Below are positions 34,101 to 46,100 of a DNA stretch of 64,000 nucleotides, one piece after another; position 1 is the stretch's first letter, and the number at the start of each line of letters is the position of its first letter. The notes beneath the pieces are model-generated. The model did not search any database and had not been told where the DNA came from. It worked only from the letters and a program-made list of their open reading frames with translations. The translations under genes were made by a program, and so were the position numbers. Origin of the DNA: Gammaproteobacteria bacterium (GTDB lineage: Bacteria > Pseudomonadota > Gammaproteobacteria > Eutrophobiales > Eutrophobiaceae); contig OZ244905.1 in NCBI GenBank assembly GCA_965221695.1, positions 1,024,001-1,088,000 of the forward strand, read 5' to 3'.

Positions 34101-37100
34101 TCGTGGCGTCCTTGACCAGCAGGGTCCATTGGCTCCAGGCCGTGCCCGTCTTCTTCTTGTGGCGCACGTCGATGGTGTCCACCGTGCCCTTGTCCGGCAG
34201 GTCCCAGGTCAGGGTCACTTGGGTGTCGCCGGCGCTGGCCTGCAGGTTGCTCGGTGCCGACGGCTTCGCCAACTCCGGCGTGCCCTCGACGCTGGCCGAC
34301 GGACCCGTGCCGGCGGTGTTCACCGCACGCACCTCGAACACGTAGTCGGTGCCGTTGACAAGGTTCGTCACCCGGTAACGCTCGGCCGTGCCCGCCAGGG
34401 AGTTCCACTTGCTCCAGCCGGTGTCGGGGGCCGTCTTCACCTTGTAGCGCAGCTCGACGCTGTCAATCCGGCTGGTGTTCGTCGGCAGCGTCCACAGCAC
34501 CACCACCTCGGTGTCGCCCGGCACCGTGCTCAGATTGGTTGGCGCGCCCGGCGTCACCAGCGGCGCCGCCGGGGTGGCCGAGATCGACGCCGCCGCACCG
34601 GCGCCGGAGGCATTCTCCGCCCGTACCTCGAAGTTGTACAACTGCCCGTTGGTCAGGCCGGTCACGGTGTGAGTCGTGGCGTCCGCGGCCAGGTCAACCC
34701 AGGCCTGCCACTGCTTCGCCGTGTCCGCCTTGTGGCGCGCTTGCATCTTGGTCAGAACGCCCGAATCGGTCGGCAGGGTCCAGCTCAGGCCGACTTGCGT
34801 GTCGCCGGGGGCCGCCGCCAAGCCGGTCGGCGCCGACGGCGCCGCCAGCGGTGTCGCATCCACGCTCGCCACCTCGCCACGGCCCGCATCGTTGCGCGCG
34901 CGCACGATGAACGTGTACTCGGTGCCGTTGGTCAGGCCCGTGACCGTGTACGTGGTCGCATCCTCGTCTTTCAGGGTCACCCACGGCCGGTAGTTCGTCG
35001 CACTCTTTTCCTTGTACGCCACATCCACCCAGTCAATCTCGCTGGTGTTGGTCGGCAATACCCAGGTCAGGGTCACCTGCTGGTCGCCAGGCGCCGCGGT
35101 CAGGTCCGTCGGCTCACCCGGTATCGCCAGCACCGGGCGCGCCGTTATCCGCGCCTCGCCCTCGCCCGCGGTGTTCACCGCACGCACCGCAAACTGGTAG
35201 GTCTGACCGTTCTTCAGGTTCGTTACCGTGTGCTCCGTCGCATCAGCAGCCAGGTCCACCCACGCCGACCAGGTCGTCTCAGTGAGCCGCCGGTAGCGCA
35301 CCTGTACCTTGTCAAGCTCGCTGGCGTTGGTCGGCAATACCCAATTCAAGGTGACCCGGGTGTCGCCCGGGGTCGCCTTCAGGTCGGTCGGGGCGTCCGG
35401 CACCGCCAACTCAGGAATGGCCTTGCGCTCATCCGAGGGCGGGCCGGCGGCCGTGCCCACCACTGCCCGTACCTGGAACGTGTACTCGGTGCCGTTGGTC
35501 AGGTTCTCCACCGTGTGGCTGGTGGTCGTCGCGCCGCTGTTGGGAATGTCCACCCACGAGTCATACCCCACGCCCCTGTGGTCCGTCACCTGGTACTTGG
35601 TAATGCTGCGGTCGCGCGGGTCGTTCCAGGTCAACGTGACCCGGGTGTCACCCGCCCTGGCATTGAAGTTACTGGGCTTGGCCGGAGGCTCGTCAACATC
35701 TGTAATGGTGATGGCCACTTCCACCATGGCGCTGTTGCCGTCCTCGTCCGTGGCCGTGAGCGCATACTCGTAGATGTTGTTGGCGTCATCGTCTGTCGGG
35801 GACTCGTGGTCCTTGGCCGCCAGCGTCACGGTGGCGCCGGTGTTGGTCTCGTTCGACAGCGTGAACCCGCCCTGTCTGCGGGTGTCAGCGCCCCGGAGCG
35901 CCCAGGTGATGTCGCCCACCGGGGCGCCGGTTAAGGTCGCATTGCCGGTATAGGTCGCATTCTCCGGCTGGTCGGCATCAGCCACACCGCCGATGGTTAA
36001 GGTCGCGGCGATGCGAATGTCAAACGTCAGCTCTGCCGTGTCGCCGTTGGCGTCGGTCGCGGTGTAGGTGTACTCAGTGGCCGCCTGGGTTCCCGTCGGG
36101 GCGCCGGTTAAGGTGCGGGCGGTCGCATCAAACGTCAGACCCGCCGGCGGGGTCGGCGTTAAGGTATAGGTCAGTGGCGTATCGCCGCCGCTCGCCTCGG
36201 GCAGGTTCAGCGTCGGTATCGCAGTGTTCTGTGTGTAGTCCTGGTCGGCTATCGTCTTGTCGCCAAAACTCGGCAGCGCATTCGCAGTGACCGCTACGGT
36301 AGCCGTGAGACCGGCGTAGTTGCCGCCGGCGGCGGTTAAGGTGACCGTCGCAGCGCCGTCAGTCGGGTTGGCTGCCATGTTCACCGTGACCTTCTGCGCC
36401 GTGCTGTAGTTCGTGGCGGTGAATGTCAGCGGCGTCGGGCTGACCGTCACGTCCGTGTCATCACTGGTGAGTGTGACCGTGACCGGGGCGGTCGGGGCCG
36501 CCGCCAAGGCCACCGTGAACGTCTCGCTTGCGCCCGGTTGCACGTCAAGGGTCGTGGTTGAGACCACCAGGGCCGGCGGCGCCCTCGGTATGGCCGTGGT
36601 TGTCGCCGCCTCGCCATCACCGGCAGTGTTGGTGGCGCGCACCGCAAACGTGTAGTTCGTGCCGTTGGTCAGACCCGTCACCGTGGTCGTCGTTGCCGTG
36701 GCGTCGTTGAGGTTGGTCCAGGTGTCGGTACTGTCGTTGAACGGCAGGTCGGCAGTGGGCTTGTAGCGCATCTCCACCTTGGCAATCACACTGGCATTCG
36801 TCGGCAGCGTCCAGTTGAGCCTGGCCTGCTTGTCACCGGCCGTCGCGCTCAGGTCCGTCGGTGCGCCCGGTATCGCCAGCGTGGGTGTGGCCGTTACCGC
36901 CGCCGAGGCAGGACCCTCGCCGGTCGCATTCACCGCCCGTAGCCGGAACGCATAGGCCGTGCCGTTGGTCAGTCCTGTGACCGTGTGGGTCGTGGTCGTA
37001 TCATCGCTGTTGAGAATGTCCTCCCAGGTCGCGCTGTTCGAGCCGGCATCCAACGACTCGTAGCTCACCTGGTACTTGGTGATGCTGATATCTGACGGAT

Positions 37101-40100
37101 TGGTCCAATTCAGCGTGACCTCGGTGTCGCCCGCGGTCGCGGTCAGGCCGGTTGGCGCAACGGGTATCGGGGGCGCGGGTGTTGCCGTCACCGTTGCCGA
37201 TGCGGCGCTGTTGCCGCGGGCGTTTACGGCGCGGATTTCGAAGGCGTATTGGGTGCCATTGGCGAGGCCGCTGACGGTATGGGTGGTGGTGCCGGCGCCG
37301 CTGTTGCCGATGTCTTCCCAGGTCGCGGTGGCGGGCACGGTGGAACCCGCGCCGTAGCGCACCTGGTACCTGGTGATGTTGCTGTCGTTCGGGTTGGTCC
37401 AAGCCAGGTCAACCTGGGCATTGCCCGCGGTCGCCGCCAGGCCGGTTGGCGCGGCGGGGACTGTGGCTGGGGATGCTGTCTTGAAGACGATCTTCTGATT
37501 GCCGAACGCGTGTTCGATGTCGAAGTCGTTGTCGCCCAAGGTGCTTTGCAGGGTGCCCGTGAACGTGACCTGGTCTCCAGTCGGGTCGTAGATTGTCCCT
37601 GTGAGATTGTCCTGGTCTACCAGCATCCGGTTATAGAAGGTGGTGAATCGGAGGTAGAATTCGGCACTATAGTTAGACAAGTTTTCGGCTGAAGAGGGAC
37701 CTGAGAAAGGCTCATTAACCGTGGTCGTCAAGGCAGAGAGTTGATACGAACTCACCGGGCTGTTGATGCCGGACGAGTCCGCCCCGATGACCCAGATGTC
37801 AGTGTCATCGAAAGAAATTGCGTTTGAGAATCCGATCGTTGTATTAGGCCGGGAACCGGATGCTGAGAAATCCAAACTGCCAGCGGCGTCGATGGTCACG
37901 GTGCTGCCGTCGTCGGAGAAGGTCAAGGTCAGCGTGCGCGCCTGGGTCGGGGGCATCGGCGTGGCCGAGGCGGTGGCCGCGGGGCCGTCGCCGGCGGTGT
38001 TGGTGGCGCGTACTTCGAAGGTATAGCCAGTGCCGTTGGTCAGGCCGGTGGCGGTGTAGGCGGTGGCCGTGCCGACGAGGTCGGTCCAGGCATCGCTGGC
38101 GGTGAACGGCAGGTTCGCCGTCGCCTTCCAGCGCACTTGCACGGCGCCGATCAAGCTGGCGTTGGTCGGCAGGGTCCAGCTCAATTCGACCTGGGTGTCG
38201 CCGGCGGTGGCTGTCAGGTTCGTCGGTGCGTCCGGGACCGCCAGCTTCGGCTGGGCGCCCACGGCCACCGAGTCGCTGCTGCCGGCGGCGTTGGTGGCGC
38301 GTACCTCAAACTCGTAGCTCACGCCGTTGTCAAGACCGGTCTCGGTGTGGGTCGTGGCGTCCTTGGCCAGCAGGGTCCATTGGCTCCAGCTCGTGTCCGT
38401 CTTCTTCTTGTGGCGCACGTCGATGGTGTCGACCGCACCCTTGTCCGGCAGGTCCCAGGTCAGGGTTACTTGGGTGTCGCCGGCGCTGGCCTGCAAGTTG
38501 CTCGGCGCAGACGGCTTCGCCAGCTCCGGGGTACCCTCGACGCTGGCCGACGGACCCGTGCCCACGGTGTTCACTGCGCGCACCTCAAACACGTAGTCGG
38601 TGCCGTTGACCAGACCCGTCACCCGCTCCCGCTCGGCCGTGCCCGCCAATGAGCGCCATTCGCTCCAGCCGGTGTCAGGGGCCGTCTTCACCTTGTAGCG
38701 CAGCTCGACGCGGTCAATCTGGTTGGTGTTCGTCGGCAAGGTCCACAGTACCACCACCTCGGTATCGCCCGGCACCGTGCTCAGCTTGGTCGGGGCGCCC
38801 GGCGCCGTGGTCGGGGTCGCCGACACGGCCGCAGACGCACCGGCGCCAGACGCGTTCTCCGCCCGTACCTCAAAGTTGTACAGCTCGCCGTTGGTCAGAC
38901 CCGTCACCGTGTAGGTCGTGGCGTTCGCCGCCAGGTCCACCCAGGCCTGCCAGTCTTTCGCCGTGTCCGCCTTGTGGCGCACCTGCACCTTGGTCAGCGC
39001 GCCGGCGTTTGCCGGCAGCGTCCAGCTCAGGACGACCTGGGTGTCGCCGGGGGCCGCCGTTAAGCCGGTCGGCGCCAACGGTACCGCCACCGGCGTCGCA
39101 TCCACCTCCGCCACCGCGCCGCGGCCGGCGCCGTTCAGCGCACGCACGATGAACGTGTACTCGGTGCCGTTGGTCAGGCCGGTCACTTCGTGGCTGGTCG
39201 CATCCTTGGCCAGGTCCACCCAGGGCTGGAAGTTCGCCGCACTCTTCACCTTGTACGCCACCTGCATCCTGTCAATCTCGCTGGTGTTGGTCGGCAGGTC
39301 CCAGGTCAGGCCGACCTTGCCGTCGCCCGCGGTGGCCGTCAGGTTGGTCGGGGCGTCCGGGACCGCCAGCTTCGGCTGGGCGTCCACGGCCACCGAGTCG
39401 CTGCTGCCGGCGGTGTTGGTGGCGCGGACCTCAAACTCGTAGGTCACGCCGTTGTCAAGACCGGTCTCAGTGTGGGTCGTGGCGTCCTTGGCCAGCAGGG
39501 TCCATTGGCTCCAGGCCGTGTCCGTCTTCTTCTTGTGGCGCACGTCGATGGTGTCGACCGTGCCCTTGTCCGGCAGGTCCCAGGTCAGGGTCACTTGGGT
39601 GTCGCCGGCAGCGGCTTGCAAGTTGCTCGGCGCCGACGGCTTCGCCAGCTCCGGCGTGCCCTCGACGCTGGCCGACGGACCCGTGCCCACGGTGTTCACC
39701 GCGCGCACCTCGAACAGGTAGTCGGTGCCGTTCACCAGACCCGTCACCCGGGAACGCTCCGCCGTGCCGGCCAGGGAGCTCCATGCGCTCCAGCCGGTGT
39801 CGGGAGCCGTCTTCACCTTGTAGCGCAGCTCGACGCTGTCAATCCGGCTGGTGTTGGTGGGCAGGGTCCACAGCACCACCACCTCGGTGTCGCCGGGCAC
39901 CGTGCTCAAGTTGGTCGGCGCGCCCGGCGTAACCAGTGGCGGCGCCCGCGGCGTCGCCGCGCCGGTGGCGGGGTCGCCGTTGCCGGCGCTGTTGGTGGCG
40001 CGCACCTGGAAGGTGTAGCCGGTGCCATTGGTCAGGCCGGTGACCTTGTGGCTGGTGGCGTCGGCGGACGGCAGGTCGGTCCACTTGTCGCGGGCGTCGT

Positions 40101-43100
40101 CGAACGGCAGGTCCGCCGTGGCCTTCCAGCGCACCTGCACGGTGTCGATCTCGCTGGTGTTGGTGGGCAGCTTCCAGCCCAAGGCCACTTCGGTGTTGCC
40201 CCCCGTGGCGCTGAACTCGGTCGGCTTGCCGGGAACCGCCAGCTCCGGCGTTGCGGCCGTCCGCGCCGCCGGGCCGGCGCCGGACGCGCTCTCCGCGCGC
40301 ACTTCAAACAGGTAGTCCTGGCCGTTCTTCAGGTTGGTCACGGTGTGCGTGGTGGCGTCCGCCGCCAGGTCGGTCCAGGGTTCCCAAGTGGTTTCGCCCC
40401 GGGCCTGGTGGCGCACCTGCACCTTGTCCAGCACGCTGGCGTTCGTCGGCAGGTCCCAAGTCAGGCTCACGGAGCGGTCGCCCGCGGTGGCCGTCAGGTT
40501 CTCCGGGGCGTCCGGAACCGCCACTTGCGGCGTCGCCTTGACCGCGTCGGAGGCGTCGCCCAGCAGGCTGTCGGCCACGGCGCGGATCTGGAAGGTGTAC
40601 TCGGTGCCGTTGGTCAGGCCGGTCACCGTGTGGGTGACGGTGTCGGCGCCGCTGCCGGGAATGTCATCCCACAGGTTGATCCCCACGGTTTCAGAGTTGA
40701 AAATCTGGTACTTGGTGATGCTGTCGTCACCGGGGTTGGCCCAGATCAGGGTGACTTCCGCGTCGCCGGCTATGGCGACCAGGCTCCTCGGCTTGGCGGG
40801 CGGCTCCAGTTCGTCGTAGATCGCGGTGACCGTGGTCGCGGCGGCGTTGTCGTTGCCGGCGGCGTCCTGGGCCACGGCCGCCGCCACGGCGACGCTGAAC
40901 TCGCCCTCGGCCTTCGGCGTGATCTTCGCCGTGTAGACCGGCGCTGCCGGATCCGGTTGGGCGAAGGCCGAAGCGTCGGCGTTGGTCAATGTGATGTCGC
41001 CGGCCTCGAAGCCGGTGACGGACTCGCTGAAGGTGAAGGTGGCATCCACCGCTGCGTTGACCGTTCCGGAAACGCCCGTGATGGCCACCGTCGGCGCCGT
41101 GTTGTCCAGCTCGTACGTAATCTGATTGCCGCGGGGCGGGGTCCGGTCACGGAGCGTATTGCCAACGCAGTCCGTGACCTCCGCATGATTCAGCGTCAAG
41201 GTGGCCGTGCCGTTGTAGCCAGCCAATGCGCCGCCGGAAATGTTTACGACGTAGGGAGTGAGATCTCCGCAGGTATTCGGATCATCGGCCCCCGGGGTCA
41301 CGGTCAGCGTCGGCTCCTGCGTGATCGCCGGCACGAAGGTAACCGTATAGGCAGCCGCACTACCGGCCCCCGAATTGCGCATGCTTTCGTTGTATTGAAC
41401 CGACCACTGCACCGAATCCCGGTTGGTCGGCGACTTCGCGTCGGTGTTCCCGGTTTCGCTGTCGTAACGGAAAATTGAAGTTACGTGTGGAGGGGTCCTG
41501 TCCAGCAGGTAGGTGTCGTCGTTGGTCCCCGTCGGCGTGGTGTCGGTCAGCGCGTTGCCGGCGGTATCCTCGATGTCCTGGCCCTGCACGAACTCCAGGT
41601 TCACCGTGCCGGCCAGCACCACCAAATTGCCACCGGCCACGTTCACGTCCCAGGTGGTGCCGTCCGTGCCGACTGCCGTCGCCGTCTCCGTCCCGTCCGT
41701 ACCCGCAACGTGGAAGTCATCGTCGGACACATTCACCACCGCCTCGCTGAATGTCACCCGCCAGGTCAAGGACACCGCGTTGGTGGGCGAAGTTGGCGGA
41801 TCATGTCGCACAATGCTCGCCACCCGCGGCGCTTGGGTGTCCGCAGTGACGGTGATGTTGAACGTGAGGCTGGCCGTGTCGCCGTCGGCGTCAGTGGCGG
41901 TGTAAGTGTAGGCTGTCGCGCTCTGGGCCGTGGTCGGAGCGCCCGTCAGGGTGCGGGCGGTGTCGCTGAACGTCAGACCCGCCGGCGGGGTCGGTGTTAG
42001 GGTATACGTCAGTGTGCCGTCACCGCCGCTGGCCTGCGGCAGGTTCAGCGTGGTAATCGCCGAGTTCTGCATGTAGGTCTGGTCGGCAATGGTCTGGGTG
42101 CCGAAGGTCGGCAGCGCATTCGATGTGGCCGAGACCGTGGCCGCCTCGCCGTTGCCGGCGGTGTTGGTGGCGCGCACCGCAAACGTGTAGCCGGTGCCGT
42201 TGGTCAGGCCCGTCGCCGTGTAGGTGGTGGCCGTGCCGTCGTTGAGGTCGGTCCAGGTGTCGGTGGTGTCGTTGAACGGCAGGTCGGCGGTGGCCTTCCA
42301 GCGCACCTGCACGTCGCCGATTACGCTGGCATTGGTCGGCAGCGTCCAGTTGAGCGTGACCTGGGCGTTGCCGGCGGTGGCCGTCAGGTTGGTCGGCGCG
42401 TTCGGTACCGCCAGCTTCGGCTGGGCGGCCACGGCCACCGAGTCGCTGCTGCCGGCGGCGTTAGTGGCGCGTACCTCAAACTCGTAGCTCACGCCGTTGT
42501 CGAGACCGGTCTCAGTGTGGGTGGTGGCGTCCTTTGCCAGCAGGGTCCATTGGCTCCAGGCCGTGTCCGTCTTCTTCTTGTGGCGCACGTCGATGGTGTC
42601 GACCGTGCCCTTGTCCGGCAGGTCCCAGGTCAGGGTCACTTGGGTGTCGCCGCCAGCGGCTTGCAGGTTGCTCGGGGACGACGGCTTCGCCAGCTCCGGC
42701 GTGCCCTCGACGCTGGCCGACGGACCCGTGCCCACGGCGTTCACCGCGCGGACCTCGAACAGGTAGTCGGTGCCGTTCACCAGGCCCGTCACCCGCTCCC
42801 GTTCCGCCGTGCCCGCCAACGAGCGCCATTCGCTCCAGCCGGTGTCAGGGGCGGTCTTCACCTTGTAACGCAGCTCGACGCGGTCAATCTGGTTGGTGTT
42901 CGTCGGCAAGGTCCACAGCACCACCACCTCGGTGTCGCCCGGCACCGTGCTCAGCTTGGTCGGCGCGCCCGGCGCCGTGGTCGGGGTCGCCGATATGGCC
43001 GCGGACGCACCGGCGCCAGACGCGTTCTCCGCCCGTACCTCGAAGTTATACAACTCGCCGTTGGTCAGACCCGTCACGGTGTAGGTCGTGGCGTTCGCCG

Positions 43101-46100
43101 CCAGGTCCACCCAGGCCTGCCAGTCCTTCGCCGTGTCCGCCTTGTGGCGCACCTGTACCTTGGTCAGCGCGCCGGCGTTTGCCGGCAGGGTCCAGCTCAG
43201 GACGACTTGCGTGTCGCCGGGGGCCGCCGTTAAGCCGGTCGGCGCCGACGGAACCGCCACCGGCGTCGCATCCACCTCCGCCACCGCGCCGCGGCCCGCG
43301 CCGTTCAGCGCACGCACGATGAACGTGTACTCGGTGCCGTTGGTCAGGCCGGTGACGTCGTAACTGGTCGCATCCTTGGCCAGGTCAACCCAGGGCTGGA
43401 AGTTCGCAGCGCTCTTGACCTTGTACGCCACCTGCATCTTGTCTATCTCGCTGGTGTTGGTCGGCAGGTCCCAGGTCAGGCTCACCGCGCCGTCGCCTGC
43501 GGCGGCGGTCAGGTTGCCGGGGGCGTTCGGTACCGCCAGCTTCGGCTGGGCGTCCACCGCCACCGAGTCGCTGCTGCCCGCCGTGTTCGTGGCACGTACC
43601 TCAAACTCGTAGGTCACGCCGTTATCGAGACCGGTCTCAGTGTGGGTGGTGGCGTCCTTGGCCAGCAGGGTCCATTGGCTCCAGGCCGTGTCCGTCTTCT
43701 TCTTGTGGCGCACGTCGATGGTGTCGACCGTGCCCTTGTCCGGCAGGTCCCAGGTCAGGGTCACTTGGGTGTCGCCGGCAGCGGCCTGCAGGTTACTCGG
43801 GGCCGACGGCTTCACCAGCTCCGGCGTGCCCTCGACGCTGGCCGACGGACCCGTGCCCGCGGTGTTCACCGCGCGCACCTCGAACAGGTAGTCGGTGCCG
43901 TTGACCAGACCCGTCACCCGGTAACGTTCTGCCGTGCCGGCCAGGGAGCTCCATGCGCTCCAGCCGGTGTCGGGGGCCGTCTTCACCTTGTAGCGCAGCT
44001 CGACACTGTCAATCCGGCTGGTGTTCGTCGGCAAGGTCCACAGCACCACCACCTCGGTGTCGCCCGGCACCGTGCTCAGATTGGTCGGCGCGCCCGGCGT
44101 CACCAGCGGCGGCGCCCGCGGCGTCGCCGCGCCGGTGGCCGGCTCGCCGTTGCCGGCCTTGTTGGTGGCGCGCACTTCGAAGGTGTAACCGGTGCCGTTG
44201 GTCAGGCCGGTGGCGGTGTAGGCGGTGGCGTCAGAGGACGGCAGGTCGGTCCATTTGTCGCGGGCGTCGTCGAACGGCAGGTCCGCCGTCGCCTTCCAGC
44301 GCACCTGCACGGTGTCGATCTCGCTGGTGTTGGTGGGCAGCTTCCAGCCCAAGGCCACTTCGGTGTTGCCCCCCGTGGCGCTGAACTCGGTCGGCTTGCC
44401 GGGAACCGCCAACTCCGGCGTTCCGGCCGTCCGCGCCGCCGGGCCGGCGCCGGACCCGCTCTCCGCGCGCACTTCAAACAGGTAGTCCTGGCCGTTCTTC
44501 AGGTTGGTCACGGTGTGCGTGGTCGCGTCCGCGGCCAGGTCGGTCCAGGGTTCCCAAGTGGTTTCGCCCCGGGCCTGGTGGCGCACCTGCACCTTGTCCA
44601 GCACGCTGGCGTTGGTGGGCAGGTCCCAACTCAGGCTCACCGAGCGGTCGCCCGCAGTGGCCGTCAGGTTGTCCGGGGCGTCCGGAACCGCCACTTGGGG
44701 CGTCGCCTTGACCGCGATCGAAGGATCGCCCGGGACGTTGCCGGCCACGGCGCGGATCTGGAAGGTGTACTCCGTGCCGTTGACCAGGTTCTCCACGGTG
44801 TGGCGGGTGGTCGTGGCGTCACTGCCCTCGATGGGCTCCCAGGGATCGGAGCCGTATTGGTAGAGAACCTCGTACCCGGTGATGGTGGGGTCGTTCGGGT
44901 CGATCCAGGCCAGGGTGACCCTGGTGTCGCCGGCTATGGCGATCAGGTTCCTGGGGCTGGCGGGCGGCTCGACCGCCTTGGCGATGGTGATATTGAACGT
45001 CAGGCTCGCCGTGTCGCCGTCGGCGTCGGTGACGGTGTAGGTGTAGGCTGTTGCGCTCTGGACCGTGGTCGGGGTGCCCGTCAGCGTGCGGTTGGCAGCG
45101 TCAAAGGCCAGGCCCGCCGGTGCGGCCGGGGTCAGGCTGTAAGTCAGCGTGCCATTGCCGCCGGTGGCTTCGGGCAGGGTCAGCGTGGCGATGGCCGTGT
45201 TCCGGGTGTAGGTCTGGTCGTCGATAGTCTCGGTGCCGAAGCTGGGCGTCGTGTCGACCCGCGGCGTCGCGGTGGCGGTGTCGGAGGCGTCGCTGTTGCC
45301 GCCGTTGTTCACCGCCCGGATCTGGAAGGCGTATTGCTGGCCGTTGGTGAGGCCGGTCACCGTGTGGCTGGTGGTGTTGGCGCCGCTACCGGTGATGTCG
45401 GCCCAGGCTGTGCTGTCAGGAACGGTTGCGCCCTGGGCCTGGCGGAACTGGTACTTGGTGATGCTGGAATCGTTCGGGTTGGCCCAGTTCAAGGTGGCTT
45501 CGGTGTCACCGGCGGTGGCAGACAGGTTGGTCGGCGCGGCGGGCACCGGCGGCGGTGTTGCCGTGAAAATAATCTTCTGATTGCCAAACGTATGTTCGAT
45601 GTGGAAGTCATTGTCCCCAAGAGTCCCGGACAGGGTGCCGGTGAACGTTACATTCTTGCCCGTCAGGTCGTAAATGTTTCCGCTGAGATTGGTTTTATCT
45701 ATGTATAGCCTCGGAAGATAAGTGCTGAACCGGATGGCAAAATCGTGGCTGTAGTTGCTCAGGGTTTCGACTTTCGCATTACCCGTGTAGGTGCTCGTGC
45801 CGGTGGTCACAAAGTTCGGGAGCGAGTTGTACCAGCTAAGTGGTGTGGTATCCGACTGAGGCATAATTTGCCATATCTCCGTATCGTCTATAAGCAGACC
45901 TGAGAATCCCTCACCTTGCGGCGTCGTATCCTGGAGATAATTGAAGCCCGAGACATCCAAACTGCCCGAAGCGGCAATGGTGACGGTAGTTCCATCATCG
46001 GAGAACGTGAACGTCAGCGTGCGTGCCGGGGTTGGCGCGGTGGGCGTCGCCGTCACCGTGGCCGAGGCGTCGCTGTTGCCGGTCGCATTGACTGCGCGAA

